DNA of 60,629 bases from Methanobacteriaceae archaeon. Its GTDB lineage: Archaea > Methanobacteriota > Methanobacteria > Methanobacteriales > Methanobacteriaceae. The notes below the pieces were generated by a model. It did not search any database, had not been told where the DNA came from, and worked only from the letters and a program-made list of their open reading frames with translations. How positions within the stretch are numbered: the stretch's first letter is position 1; every line of letters begins with the position of its first letter. The translations under genes and the position numbers were made by a program. Positions 35,003-46,042 of the stretch are shown here, one piece after another. The stretch is from assembly GCA_030539615.1 (NCBI GenBank), contig JAUNXU010000001.1, positions 1 through 60,629 of the forward strand. Reading direction: 5' to 3'.

Positions 35003-35459
35003 AATAATAAACTTTTTAGAAAATTATGAAAAATTAGTAATATTAGGAATAGGTAATCCATTAAGGGGTGATGATGGATTAGGTCCTAAAATATTAGATA
35101 AATTAAAAGATACTGATGAAAATAAAGTAGAGTTAATACATTGTGAATCAACACCTGAAAATCATACTGGTGAAATAAGAGAAACAAAACCAACACATAT
35201 ATTAATTATTGATGCAGTAGAAATTGATGAAAAACCTGGAACAATAATTAATATTAAAAAAGAAGAAATAGATTCATTTAACATATCTACTCATTCAATG
35301 CCTATTTCTTTTTTAATAACTTTTTTAGAAAAAACAATGAATACTAAAATATTAACGATAGGAATACAACCAAAACAAATGAATTTAACTAATACTATTT
35401 CACAACCTGTAACAGAAGCTATGGATGAATTAGTACTATTAATAAAAAATAATTTATAA
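34977..35459 (+). CDS. hycI: Hydrogenase maturation protease HycI; absent from ORF track, no ATG/GTG/TTG start
   Basis: Open frame ...FLENYEKLVILGIGNPLRGDDGLGP...TPEN...IIDAV...STHSMP...GIQP ending at TAA 35457-35459. Confidence 0.9.
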   Translation: MLSKQTSNKIINFLENYEKLVILGIGNPLRGDDGLGPKILDKLKDTDENKVELIHCESTPENHTGEIRETKPTHILIIDAVEIDEKPGTIINIKKEEIDSFNISTHSMPISFLITFLEKTMNTKILTIGIQPKQMNLTNTISQPVTEAMDELVLLIKNNL

Positions 35460-35470
35460 GGAGAATTTAA

Positions 35471-36613
35471 ATGAAAATATTGATAATAGGTTCACGGTTA
35501 TTAGATGATATTGCTTGGTATACTAAGGAAAATAATGTAACAACTATTCTTTCAGAATCAAATATTAAAGCTGAAAATATTGAATTAGCAGATAAACATT
35601 ATATTGTTGAAAGGGGTATGGAACAACCAAAGAATATAGCAATAAAAGAAGATGTTGATGCAGTAATACCATTAATAGGGATTGATCCTCCATTACCCAG
35701 TATAGGTCAATTAAAAGATGAATTAGAAGAAGATTATAATATACCAGTAATAGCTTCTGGATATGAAACAGCCTTATTAGCTGCAAATAAATATAATACT
35801 AAAAAATTTTTGGAAGAAAATGGTTTTAATACACCGCATTATGAAAAATTACAAAAACCATATAATATTGAAAATATTTTAACAGAATTACCTGTAGTAT
35901 TAAAATCACCAGAAGGGCAAGCTGGTCGTGGTGTTAAAATAGCTTTATCAAAAGAGGATGTAAAAGAATTTTTAGATGAAAAAAATGAAGATCTCTTTCT
36001 AGAAAATTTTGTTGATGGATTTGAATTATCAATTGAAGTGTTACGTTGGAATAATCAAACTATAGCTTTAGCACCAATTTATAAAGGTAATACAACACTT
36101 GAAGGTACACATCCTTTACAAAAAATAAAACAAGCTCCATTTGATATGGGTAAAAATAAGGAATATTATCGGAAATTAGCAACAAAAATAGCAGATATTG
36201 TTAATTCAGAGGGGACAATGGATATTGACATATTGTATGATAAACATAGTGATAAAGAATATTTAATTGAATTAAATACTAGACCTAGTGGAACACGATA
36301 TATGACTGCTGCAACAACCGGTATAAATCCTCTAACTGAATTAGTAAATATGGCTATTGGAACATTTAATACTAAATCTTTAGAAAAAAATATGAAAGAA
36401 TATTTTGCTGCTGAAATACCTATAGGCGATTTTTCAAAAGAAAAATATAATCCGGGTATAAAATATTATTTAAATCCTGATTCATATATTATTCATGGTC
36501 CAGAACATTATAATAGAATAACAATAACTGCTAAAACAAAACAATCATTAAATAAAATTGTTTCTGAAACAATACCGGAATATATTAAAGAGCATAATAT
36601 AACTACTTTATAA
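35471..36613 (+). CDS. ATP-grasp protein of the pseudomurein cluster
   Basis: PVVLK.PEGQAG.GV, ELNTRPSGT; directly upstream of mraY-like. Confidence 0.88.
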   Translation: MKILIIGSRLLDDIAWYTKENNVTTILSESNIKAENIELADKHYIVERGMEQPKNIAIKEDVDAVIPLIGIDPPLPSIGQLKDELEEDYNIPVIASGYETALLAANKYNTKKFLEENGFNTPHYEKLQKPYNIENILTELPVVLKSPEGQAGRGVKIALSKEDVKEFLDEKNEDLFLENFVDGFELSIEVLRWNNQTIALAPIYKGNTTLEGTHPLQKIKQAPFDMGKNKEYYRKLATKIADIVNSEGTMDIDILYDKHSDKEYLIELNTRPSGTRYMTAATTGINPLTELVNMAIGTFNTKSLEKNMKEYFAAEIPIGDFSKEKYNPGIKYYLNPDSYIIHGPEHYNRITITAKTKQSLNKIVSETIPEYIKEHNITTL

Positions 36614-36813
36614 TAAATCTTGTATGATTTATTATCCTTTTTTTTCTTTATTTAAATTAATAATCTAATAATATATATCTTATAAAAATTAAATATTTAT
36701 ATAATAATAAATCCTTTATTATTTAAGATAAAGTATTATAAGTTATATTTTTAAAAAAAATGATACTTTTTCCATTAAATTATAATGGCTAGTATATGAA
36801 ATATTAGGAGATA

Positions 36814-37899
36814 ATGAAATTGATTAATCAAGTAGATATATTTTTATTTATTTTAACGATAATAACAACAGCTTTGTTTACAGCTTTTGTTAGAAAAATA
36901 TTGTTACTAGCTGATATATCAGATAATCCAATAATATCAGAACATAGGTCAAAGACAGGAACTCCCACTATGGGTGGTTTTGGTATATTATTAGGTATGT
37001 TGTTATTAACATTATTAACTATTAATATGAATGCAAATAGTTACTTAATAGTAACAACATTAATGATGATTGTTGGAGGATTCTTTGGTGCATTTGATGA
37101 TCTCATAGGATTTAAAATAAAAGAATATCAAAAAGTTGTTTTGAATACAGGTACAACTAATTTACAAATAGGAAAATTAAATTTAGGTCCTGGTGAAGAA
37201 GCAAGAATAACTTCTGATAAAGCAAAAAAAGATTATAAACTATTAATTGCAGAAAATAAAATAAAATTAGTTGATGAAATACCAATAAAAAATGAAGAAT
37301 CAGAATTACAAAAGATAGGGGTACAAATTTTAGTATCAGTATTCTTATTATTAACTGGACTAGTTTCAAGTACAATTTGGGGATTTGATTTAGGATTATT
37401 TATGATACCTTTAGTAATCTTTGCAGTTGTAGGTTCAATTAATTCAGTAAATTTAATTGATGGTATGGACGGTCTTGCAGCAGGAATAATTGGTATAGCT
37501 TCATTAGCCTCTGCTTTATATGCTTCTGTAATGGTTGGTTCTGTTTCAGCATTACCATTTATAATTATGTCTGGAGCATCTTTTGGATTTTTAATATTAA
37601 ATAGTTATCCTGCAAAAATATTTATGGGTGATATTGGTTCTTTTGCTTTAGGAACAGGATATATAACTGCAGCATTAATTGGAGATACATTTATATTTTC
37701 AGTTATATTATTATCAGTACCAATAGTATCTATTCTTATAAGTTTATTACATCGAGCACATATTATAAAGTTACCAATTGAACCTTTACATCATGCATTA
37801 AATTATTATGGAATGTCTGAACAAAAAATTATAATTTTATATTGGGGCGTAACTTTAATAGTAGCAATAATTGCACTACTTATATTTGGAATAATATAA
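36814..37899 (+). CDS. MraY-like polyprenyl-phosphate transferase (pseudomurein)
   Basis: GTPTMGG, DD, NLIDGMDGL, IFMGD.GS, PLHH; about 60 aa soluble insertion. Confidence 0.92.
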   Translation: MKLINQVDIFLFILTIITTALFTAFVRKILLLADISDNPIISEHRSKTGTPTMGGFGILLGMLLLTLLTINMNANSYLIVTTLMMIVGGFFGAFDDLIGFKIKEYQKVVLNTGTTNLQIGKLNLGPGEEARITSDKAKKDYKLLIAENKIKLVDEIPIKNEESELQKIGVQILVSVFLLLTGLVSSTIWGFDLGLFMIPLVIFAVVGSINSVNLIDGMDGLAAGIIGIASLASALYASVMVGSVSALPFIIMSGASFGFLILNSYPAKIFMGDIGSFALGTGYITAALIGDTFIFSVILLSVPIVSILISLLHRAHIIKLPIEPLHHALNYYGMSEQKIIILYWGVTLIVAIIALLIFGII

Positions 37900-37932
37900 A
37901 CACTGTAAGATAATCATGGAGTAATTTAAAGA

Positions 37933-39402
37933 ATGGAAAATAATGATATTATAACAGCACAAAAATTGGCAAATAAGATTGAAGGCACATTATATGGGTC
38001 AAATAAAGAATTGACTGGTGATTGTACATTTCTTAATCAAGCAAATGAAAATGATATAGTTATAAGACATTGGATAAATGCTAAAGGAGTTGAAATAGCT
38101 CATAATAAGAAAGTATCTTGTCTTATAACACAAGATCCTCAAGATAATGCAATTCAAACTGCTGAAAAATTAGATTTGCCTTTAATTGTAACTAAAAAAA
38201 TAGAATTAGCAACAGCAGCAATGCTTAATATAGCTGTGAATAAGTATGCAAAAGATGCAAATAAAATAGCAATATCTGGAACAAATGGTAAATCAACAGT
38301 ATCTCATTTATTGTATACTATTTACAAAGATCTTAATTACAATACTTATACAAATACAGATGCTGAATCAGAAGGAAATACATTAATTGATCCGAGAGTT
38401 TCTTCAGAAATAACAAACTATTATAAAAAATATCATTATATTGATACACTTGTAATAGAAGTTTCTGAAGTTCAAGGTTGGTTTGATAGATTAATGGAAA
38501 AACATGCATATTATATGATATCTAGTTTAGAAGCAGACAGTTTAATATTAACAAATCTTGCAATGGATCATATAGGTATTGTAGAATCATTTGAACAAAT
38601 AAAAGAAGAAATAACAATAGCTATTGAATCTTTAAATCAACAAGATAAAAAAACATGTTTAGTTTTAAATAATGATGATGATTTCATAAAATCTTTAGAA
38701 AATAAAGTTAATGATAATGTAGAAATAAAATATTTTGGAAAATACAATTCTAAAGATCAATTAGATATTTATTACAAAGATGGTGAAGGAATTTTTTCTG
38801 ACAATGAATTATTAATAAAAGAAGAAGATTTACCATTTAATTTATGGCACTTTATACAAGATATAATGGCTGCATTATGTATTTGTAAATATAATCAATT
38901 ACCTTCTGAAGATGTAGTAAAATCAATAAAAAATTATACACCATTAGAAAGACGATTTAAAACATTAAAAGAAAAACCATTAATATTGGATGATTATGCA
39001 CACAACCCTTCCGGGATAATAGCAACAATAGAAAATAGTATGAAAAAAACAGAAGAACACACATATATAATTAATGCTATACGGGGATCTAGGGGAATTA
39101 TAGTAAATAAACAAAATGCAGAAGCAATAGTGGAAGTGTTATCTGATAAAAAAGATTATTCATTTATATTAACATCAAGTGTGGATGTAACTGATAGATT
39201 AAACAAAGTAGAATCTGAAGAAAAAGAAGAATTTTTAAAAGTCTTAGAAAATAATAATATAAATTATACACATATAAATAATTTAGAAAAAGCATTAGTA
39301 GATACAATAAATAAAGCTAATGTAAATGATTTAGTATTACTAATTGGGGCACAAGGAATGGATCCTGCAAGTAATATTCTTAAGAATCATAATATAATTT
39401 AA
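37933..39402 (+). CDS. Mur ligase family, pMurE-like pseudomurein peptide ligase
   Basis: SGTNGKST, EVSEVQG, DH, DDYAHNP, GAQGMD. Confidence 0.88.
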   Translation: MENNDIITAQKLANKIEGTLYGSNKELTGDCTFLNQANENDIVIRHWINAKGVEIAHNKKVSCLITQDPQDNAIQTAEKLDLPLIVTKKIELATAAMLNIAVNKYAKDANKIAISGTNGKSTVSHLLYTIYKDLNYNTYTNTDAESEGNTLIDPRVSSEITNYYKKYHYIDTLVIEVSEVQGWFDRLMEKHAYYMISSLEADSLILTNLAMDHIGIVESFEQIKEEITIAIESLNQQDKKTCLVLNNDDDFIKSLENKVNDNVEIKYFGKYNSKDQLDIYYKDGEGIFSDNELLIKEEDLPFNLWHFIQDIMAALCICKYNQLPSEDVVKSIKNYTPLERRFKTLKEKPLILDDYAHNPSGIIATIENSMKKTEEHTYIINAIRGSRGIIVNKQNAEAIVEVLSDKKDYSFILTSSVDVTDRLNKVESEEKEEFLKVLENNNINYTHINNLEKALVDTINKANVNDLVLLIGAQGMDPASNILKNHNII

Positions 39403-39445
39403 TTACAATACTCAAAATAATGAAAAAATAGTTGGAGGCTTATTT

Positions 39446-40900
39446 TTGACAAAAATGAAATGTGTAGTTATAGGGGCAGGAAATGCTGGTAGACCTGTAG
39501 CACGATTATTAAACTATATGGGTTGGGATGTAACAATAACTGATCCTAAACCAAGAGAAAAGTTTGTGGAAGAAAATAAAGTATGTTTTAAATTACTGGA
39601 AAATGAAGGAATAAAATGTGAACTTGGAATAGATGCTCCTGATTTAACAAAATTTGAACATGCATATATATCACCTGTAATACCACAAAATGCACCAATA
39701 AGAAAACAAATCAAAGAACAAGGACTAGAAATAATTACTCAAGAATATATTGGAACAAGTATAAACAATATAATCAAACCAGATATAATAGCAGTAACAG
39801 GATCTGTGGGAAAAACAAGTACAACTCATATTATTAAAACAATATTAGAAACAGCAGGATATAATATCTGGATTTGTTCATCAGTAACACAAAATTTAGT
39901 AAGTGAAGTAATAATTGATGGAATTGTAAAAGGAAGACATGAAAATATTGATCTTGCATTATTAGAAATACCTCATGGAACTGCCGGAATAATTGCAAGT
40001 CATTTAGAAATAAAACTTGGATTATTAGTAAGTATCTATGAAGAGCATCTTTCTGAATTTGGTGGATCAATGGAAAAATACATAGAACGAAAATCATTTA
40101 TAATGAATCAAAGTGAAAAATATATAACAAATATACAAACAGCAGAATATTTATCAAATAAAAGAGATGATACTGTTTATTATTGTTTAGATACACAAGA
40201 AAACACATTAGATATTGATTCAAATAAACCATATGGTCCTAAATACATAGGTCATATTTCACCTCAACATATAAGTATTAATTATCATGATGATAATAAA
40301 AGAGAAACATTAGAATCAGATTTCCATATGAGAAGTTACTATTATCAAAATGCAGTAGCAGCAGCAGCTGTATGTTTAGAATTTGGAATATCTAAAGAAA
40401 ATGTACAAAAAGGATTAGAAAAATTTAAAGGAATACAAGGTCATTTAGAATCTCTTGGAGATTATAATGGACGGCATGCATATATAGATTCAGCATACTT
40501 AGAAGAAGGAATAGAACAGACACTCCAATATTTTAAAGAAGATCTTGATGGGAAATTAGTGGTAGTACTAGATAATCTTGATACAAGTACTTCTCGAGAT
40601 AAACCTGGTGTAGGTAAACTGGTTGGAAAATATGCTGATATAATGGTAGCAACTGGATTAATTGAAGTAACTCAAATACTAAATATGGATTCTAGTATTC
40701 AATTATTATATGGTGCAAAAGAATCTAAAGCATTAAAATTAGCTGTATGTGATTTAAAAGAAGCATGTTATTTAGCAATAAAATATTCTAAACCAGGGGA
40801 TGTTATAGTGCATATAGGGGCTGCTGCAATAACTTCATATCGTGATGTAAAAGGTAAAATGATTAATGGATTAGAAGAAGGTTGTAAAAATTATGAATGA
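39446..40900 (+). CDS. Mur ligase family, pMurD-like
   Basis: GAGNAGRP Rossmann N-terminus, TGSVGKTST, EHL.EFG; TTG start after GGAGG. Confidence 0.85.
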   Translation: MTKMKCVVIGAGNAGRPVARLLNYMGWDVTITDPKPREKFVEENKVCFKLLENEGIKCELGIDAPDLTKFEHAYISPVIPQNAPIRKQIKEQGLEIITQEYIGTSINNIIKPDIIAVTGSVGKTSTTHIIKTILETAGYNIWICSSVTQNLVSEVIIDGIVKGRHENIDLALLEIPHGTAGIIASHLEIKLGLLVSIYEEHLSEFGGSMEKYIERKSFIMNQSEKYITNIQTAEYLSNKRDDTVYYCLDTQENTLDIDSNKPYGPKYIGHISPQHISINYHDDNKRETLESDFHMRSYYYQNAVAAAAVCLEFGISKENVQKGLEKFKGIQGHLESLGDYNGRHAYIDSAYLEEGIEQTLQYFKEDLDGKLVVVLDNLDTSTSRDKPGVGKLVGKYADIMVATGLIEVTQILNMDSSIQLLYGAKESKALKLAVCDLKEACYLAIKYSKPGDVIVHIGAAAITSYRDVKGKMINGLEEGCKNYE

Positions 40901-42425
40901 TTTAAAAAATGCAGTGTTTGGTGTCGTTGGAATCTGTGGAATAAATGGAAATTTAATATCTAGAGTACTTGTAGATCATGGATTTACAGTAATAGGAACT
41001 GATTTATCTTCAAAAGAAGAATGTAAATTCCAAAGTGCATTAGATTCATATGATATGAAAATATATTATGGACAACCACCAGAAGAATTTTATGAAGAAG
41101 TTGATTATATGATTCTTCCAATGGCATTATCAGAAAAATCTGAGCCTTATAAAAAAACAATTGAACACAACATTCCATTATTAACTCCTGATGATATTTT
41201 AGATAAAATAAATCCTGCAAAACAAGTAATTTGTGTTGGTGGAACAAATGGTAAAACAACAACAACAGCAATGATAAAACATATTTGTTATGAATATGGT
41301 ATAAAACCATGTGAACACAATTTAAAAAATATGCAAGGTAATATTAGATACATTCCAGGACTTCAAGCAAGATTAAATGGTGATTTAGCAATATTAGAAA
41401 CTGGAACTCAAGGAATTCCAGGAGATTTAACTAGAACTATGAAAGATTGCCAACCAAATGCAGTGGTATTAACAAATATTACTCCTGATCATTTATCTGA
41501 TGGGTCAAGTTTTTTAGATTATGCTAGAGTAAAAGGTGGACTTGTTAATGCAGTACAAAATAAACGTATAATTGTTAATGGGGATGATCCAACAGTAATG
41601 GGTTTATTAAAAGAACTTGAATATACTGGAGATTTAATGACATTTGGTCTTGAATATGAAACATTTGAAGAAGTTAAAAAAGAATGTTTTTGTGGAAAAC
41701 AGATTAAAATAAATGAAATAATTGCTGGATGTGGAACATATGAATGTGATTGTGGATTAACTTATAAAACTCCTGAATTTTTGGCAAAAAATATAACTGG
41801 AAATAATCGTAATAAATTCACATTTAATTGTCCTACAGGGGATTATGATTTTGAATTACAAGTCTCTGGATTACATAATATATATAATGCTATGGGTGCA
41901 ATAATAGCTGCTCATGAAATATTAGATATTCCATTTAGTGATATTAAACGGGCTTTATCTACTTTTACTGGTGTTAGTGGTCGTATGGAAAAAGTAGGTG
42001 TTGTCAATGGAAAAGATTTAATGATTGACTATGCTCATAATCCAGCAGGTATTTTAACAGTATTATCTGAAATTAAAAAACAATATGGGTCAGTTTGTAT
42101 TGTTATAACAACAATTTCTGAATCTGGTGAATCTGGTGATTATCAAATATTAAAAGCAGCAAGTACATTTGCAGATCATATAATACCTGCTTCACATGCT
42201 TCTCATGTTTGTGCATTAAAATTAATTGATGATCCAAAATTTAAAAATAAAATAAGATTACCTGAAGTTGAACCTGAAGAATTTAAAAAAGGTACTCTTG
42301 GAGCAACAGGAGATCAATTATTAGAAGGTGTAAAATCAGCTTTCAATACAAATGATAATATAGTTGTTTGTACGGGTGATGCATCATTTAAATATAAAGA
42401 TAAATTATATGAGTTAGTTAATTAA
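40893..42425 (+). CDS. Mur ligase family, pMurC-like with Cys4 insertion
   Basis: GICGING, GGTNGKTTT, NITPDHL, CFC...C...CDC, DYAHNP. Confidence 0.87.
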   Translation: MNDLKNAVFGVVGICGINGNLISRVLVDHGFTVIGTDLSSKEECKFQSALDSYDMKIYYGQPPEEFYEEVDYMILPMALSEKSEPYKKTIEHNIPLLTPDDILDKINPAKQVICVGGTNGKTTTTAMIKHICYEYGIKPCEHNLKNMQGNIRYIPGLQARLNGDLAILETGTQGIPGDLTRTMKDCQPNAVVLTNITPDHLSDGSSFLDYARVKGGLVNAVQNKRIIVNGDDPTVMGLLKELEYTGDLMTFGLEYETFEEVKKECFCGKQIKINEIIAGCGTYECDCGLTYKTPEFLAKNITGNNRNKFTFNCPTGDYDFELQVSGLHNIYNAMGAIIAAHEILDIPFSDIKRALSTFTGVSGRMEKVGVVNGKDLMIDYAHNPAGILTVLSEIKKQYGSVCIVITTISESGESGDYQILKAASTFADHIIPASHASHVCALKLIDDPKFKNKIRLPEVEPEEFKKGTLGATGDQLLEGVKSAFNTNDNIVVCTGDASFKYKDKLYELVN

Positions 42426-42784
42426 ACTTAATTAATGAATTTTTTTTCTTTTTTTTGAAATTATTATGATTTGATATATTACTTAAATTTATTAGGATAA
42501 TATTTAAAATTTTAAGAATAAACTTAAGCATTATGTATCCTATTTTTTAACATATAATCAGTCTAATATTTTTAAAAAATATATTTAAATTTATTTTATT
42601 TTATTATAAGATAGTTAAATAATAAGTTAGATATAATATAATAATAGAAAAATTTTAAATAATAAAAAAATATATACTAAAAAAAATTATATTTTAATAT
42701 TTCAATAAATTTTTTTGTTCATAAAAAAATTAATAATAATTTAACAGTAATAATAAATTTATTAAATTTATGGGGTGATATATA

Positions 42785-43312
42785 GTGTTTTTAAAGGTAA
42801 GAAGAGACACATTACTTATCATTATTCTAGCTTTTGTGCTTATCTTATCTGGACGAGCCATGACTTACATAGCATTTGCTTCATCAACCACTTCTGAAGA
42901 TGGAGTTCCTGTAGCAAGTGTAATGATTAAAGGAACTAATGCAGTGCCTATGTATTCAATTAGAAGTAATGTTGAAGCAGCTGGTTTTAGACAAGGTAGT
43001 TATATTAAGGGAAATACTTTAATAACTTCGCAAAGACAATTGCCTTTGTCGGATGCAATAGAAAATGCTAGAGATTTAGTTAAAAAAACAACTATTCCTG
43101 GTACAACCGTAACACCAATTGGAGCTGTAGATGTTCAAGTAGATTCTACTACAGGGGATGTTGTCGTAACTGTTGTTGAAGATTTTTCATCAGTACAAAT
43201 TAAACTTGATAACTCAAGTTATAGTAATAATAGTTCAACTCAAACAAGTGCAAGTGGCAATATTCTTGATTTGACTGATCAAAATGCAACAGTAAATAAG
43301 GAGGTGGGATAA
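42785..43312 (+). CDS. Membrane-anchored exported protein, possibly POTRA-like
   Basis: N-terminal TM helix, SVMIKGTNAVP...IR pattern, Ser/Thr tail; GTG start after GGGGTGA. Confidence 0.65.
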   Translation: MFLKVRRDTLLIIILAFVLILSGRAMTYIAFASSTTSEDGVPVASVMIKGTNAVPMYSIRSNVEAAGFRQGSYIKGNTLITSQRQLPLSDAIENARDLVKKTTIPGTTVTPIGAVDVQVDSTTGDVVVTVVEDFSSVQIKLDNSSYSNNSSTQTSASGNILDLTDQNATVNKEVG

Positions 43313-44580
43313 TGAATAAAAAACTATTGAAACAAGTAACATTGTTTTTCTTGGTTTTATTTACTATTTCAGGAGCCGCTTCTGCAACAATGAACGTTGT
43401 AGTAATAACAGATCCTACAGGACAAGATCCAAATGGAGCAGCAGCAGGAAGTCAATCTTTTGCTCAAAACATGTTTCAACCAACATTTTTGTTATGTTTA
43501 GATCGTAAAATGGCAGTACTATCTGGAGGAGAAGGTACAGCAAAACCTCGTTTAGCTGCTATTGTTTCTACTGTTTCAAAATTAGAAAATAATGCAACTC
43601 CAGCTGAAGCTGCAGCAGAAGCTTTAAAATATAATGGTATACGTATATTAGTAGCAAGTATAGATCAAGGATCTGCTGTTGCAGGAGATTTCCAAGTATA
43701 CATAGTTACAGTTGGAAATGATAGTTCTATTGATGTTAAAGGATACTCAGGAGGAGTAGCTGAGTTACCACCTGGAACAAAAGGAGCTATAATACATCTT
43801 CGTAATTCAGAAGGAAATCCTCAAGCAGGAACTGCTGACACTGTTCGATTAGAAACAGCTGTTAAAATGGGTAAAATGATACGTGACGGTTATCCAGCAA
43901 CAATTATATTAGGTGAAGCATTTAAAGAAGTAGCTATTGATTCTGGAGAAAAACATGGTGGTGGTGGAGTGAATTTAGTATCTGGAATTTCTACAGGAGA
44001 TATGTTTACACCATTAGCATTAAATCAAAATGGTTACAATATGGATGCACCTTATTCAAAACAAGGAACTAATGGATGGAGTGTAGGATATCCTGAAGCG
44101 AATAATTATCAGGCAGATCCAACAACTGGTGGTAAACTCACAGTTGTTTATGCATATGAAGCATTGACAAATACAATTACAGTTACAGATAATAATCCAT
44201 CTGTTTCAACACATGGTTCTGATCAAAAAGGATTAAGTGAAGCAACAAGTAATGTTGTAGATGCAGCTATAACAAAAAGTGGTTATGATCCTGTTGAAAT
44301 AAGTAAATATGTTAATTCAGCAATAGATAGTGGATTACTTGTTGGTGTAAATCATGTAAGTGCTTCGGATATAAATGTTAAGGAAAATATTAAATCTGTA
44401 GGAGTATATTATACGCCAACAACCGATGGTAAATCAGCTCCTTCATGGGATTTACCAATAGATAGTCAAATATTTGAATTATTAGGTAATATTCAAACGG
44501 CTATTGGTTTTATGTTAATAATGCTTGCATTATTTAGAAGTACTTTAATTAAATCATTTTTTAGAAGAAGAAAAACTTAA
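43312..44580 (+). CDS. Exported protein with signal peptide and C-terminal membrane anchor, unknown function
   Basis: Signal peptide ending ASA, C-terminal hydrophobic helix plus RRRK; start overlaps upstream stop. Confidence 0.8.
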   Translation: MNKKLLKQVTLFFLVLFTISGAASATMNVVVITDPTGQDPNGAAAGSQSFAQNMFQPTFLLCLDRKMAVLSGGEGTAKPRLAAIVSTVSKLENNATPAEAAAEALKYNGIRILVASIDQGSAVAGDFQVYIVTVGNDSSIDVKGYSGGVAELPPGTKGAIIHLRNSEGNPQAGTADTVRLETAVKMGKMIRDGYPATIILGEAFKEVAIDSGEKHGGGGVNLVSGISTGDMFTPLALNQNGYNMDAPYSKQGTNGWSVGYPEANNYQADPTTGGKLTVVYAYEALTNTITVTDNNPSVSTHGSDQKGLSEATSNVVDAAITKSGYDPVEISKYVNSAIDSGLLVGVNHVSASDINVKENIKSVGVYYTPTTDGKSAPSWDLPIDSQIFELLGNIQTAIGFMLIMLALFRSTLIKSFFRRRKT

Positions 44581-44620
44581 ACTTCTTTAACTTTTTTTTT
44601 AAAAATAAGGGGGTATTCCT

Positions 44621-44989
44621 ATGTCATTAATATTAATTAGGGCATCAAATAAGAAAAAAACTCTTAATACTTTAGCAGATTTAGAACGACATGCAAAACT
44701 TAATATAAATACAAAACCTCGAATTCTTGATTCAAAAAAAGCAGAATTAGTTGTAGAAACAATATTAAAACAAAAACCCAAATCAAGTATGGGGTTATCA
44801 ACATTAGTTAAAGTTAAAGAAAAGACGCCTTATACTATAACACAAGTAATGAGTATACATCCTCCAGCTCATGTAATTGTTATTAGTGAAGAATATGATA
44901 TTTATACAAAATTAGAATCAAAATTTAAAGATTTGGATGTATTAGGTGGTTATTATTCAAGTAAAAATAAATCTAATAAAAATACATAA
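44621..44989 (+). CDS. DUF356 family protein
   Basis: LILIRA, LADLERH, IHPPAHVIVIS. Confidence 0.8.
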   Translation: MSLILIRASNKKKTLNTLADLERHAKLNINTKPRILDSKKAELVVETILKQKPKSSMGLSTLVKVKEKTPYTITQVMSIHPPAHVIVISEEYDIYTKLESKFKDLDVLGGYYSSKNKSNKNT

Positions 44990-45040
44990 AAATCTTTAAT
45001 AAAAATAAAAAAAAGAAGAACATAACTTTATTCTTAAAAT

Positions 45041-45568
45041 TTATTTATTTTTTTTAATATGGGCAATATCACCAATTGTTACTTGTCTAAATTTATTCAC
45101 ATGTTTTTGCTCATCAATTTCAGAATTTAATTTTTCAATTATTTTAATTTTTAAAACTTTCTCAAATTTATGTGCTAATTTAATATCTGGAACCATTCTA
45201 TTATTTTCTATACGAGCAATTACTGACTCTTTTTCATATAATTTTTAAGATAATTTTTCACGTGTAATTTTTTGTTTTTCACGTGCTTGTTTAATAACAG
45301 TACCGTAATCTTCAATTATTTCATATTCTGGAACATCAGATTTTCTTTTGTAATTATTGTTGTTGTTTTGTTTAGTTTTAGAATTATTTCTAAAATTATT
45401 ATTGTTTCTTAATGGTTTTTTAGATTGTGGTTTCTTTTGAACAACACCATATTTTGAACATTCTTTACATGTTATCATAGTAGAATTTTCAATTTTAGTT
45501 TTAAATGGTTCTCCATTTATTTCAGTTCCACAAATTTCACAGTTTATAGTTTTATTATTGTCTATCAT
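45041..45568 (-). pseudogene. mbf1: Archaeal MBF1 (Zn ribbon + HTH) interrupted by an in-frame TAA
   Basis: CEICG...CKEC then ...ITREKLS*KLYEKESVIARIENNRMVPD...TIGDIAHIKKNK*; internal stop at 45245-45247. Confidence 0.85.
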
Positions 45569-46042
45569 AATTTTATCTTTTTTATCTTTTTTTTATGAAT
45601 ATTTATTTAATTTAAATATTCTTTGTTAACATAATCTATTTTTTAATTTTAAAGATATATGTTTTATAATATAATTTATTTTATCTTTTTTATTTATATT
45701 ATTGTTTTTAGATATAAATCTTGTTGATTAAAAATTTTGTTAATGATTTAAAGTGTGAATATCAAGACTTAATTATTAAGTGTTAAAAGTTACTGAAATT
45801 AAATTTTAGACTTTTGATAAACTATTTAAAACAATTATATGTAATTTAAATTTATATGGATTTAGTAAAGGTATATTATGTTAATAAGTATAAAAATAGT
45901 TTACCTAATATTATAAATACAAAGTAAGTAATAAATATAGTTTGTAGTTATTTTAAAAAAAGAAAAAATAAAAACTATAATTTAAACTTAATTCATAATT
46001 TATTTAATATAATTTAATATAATGCAAAGGAGGATTATATCA

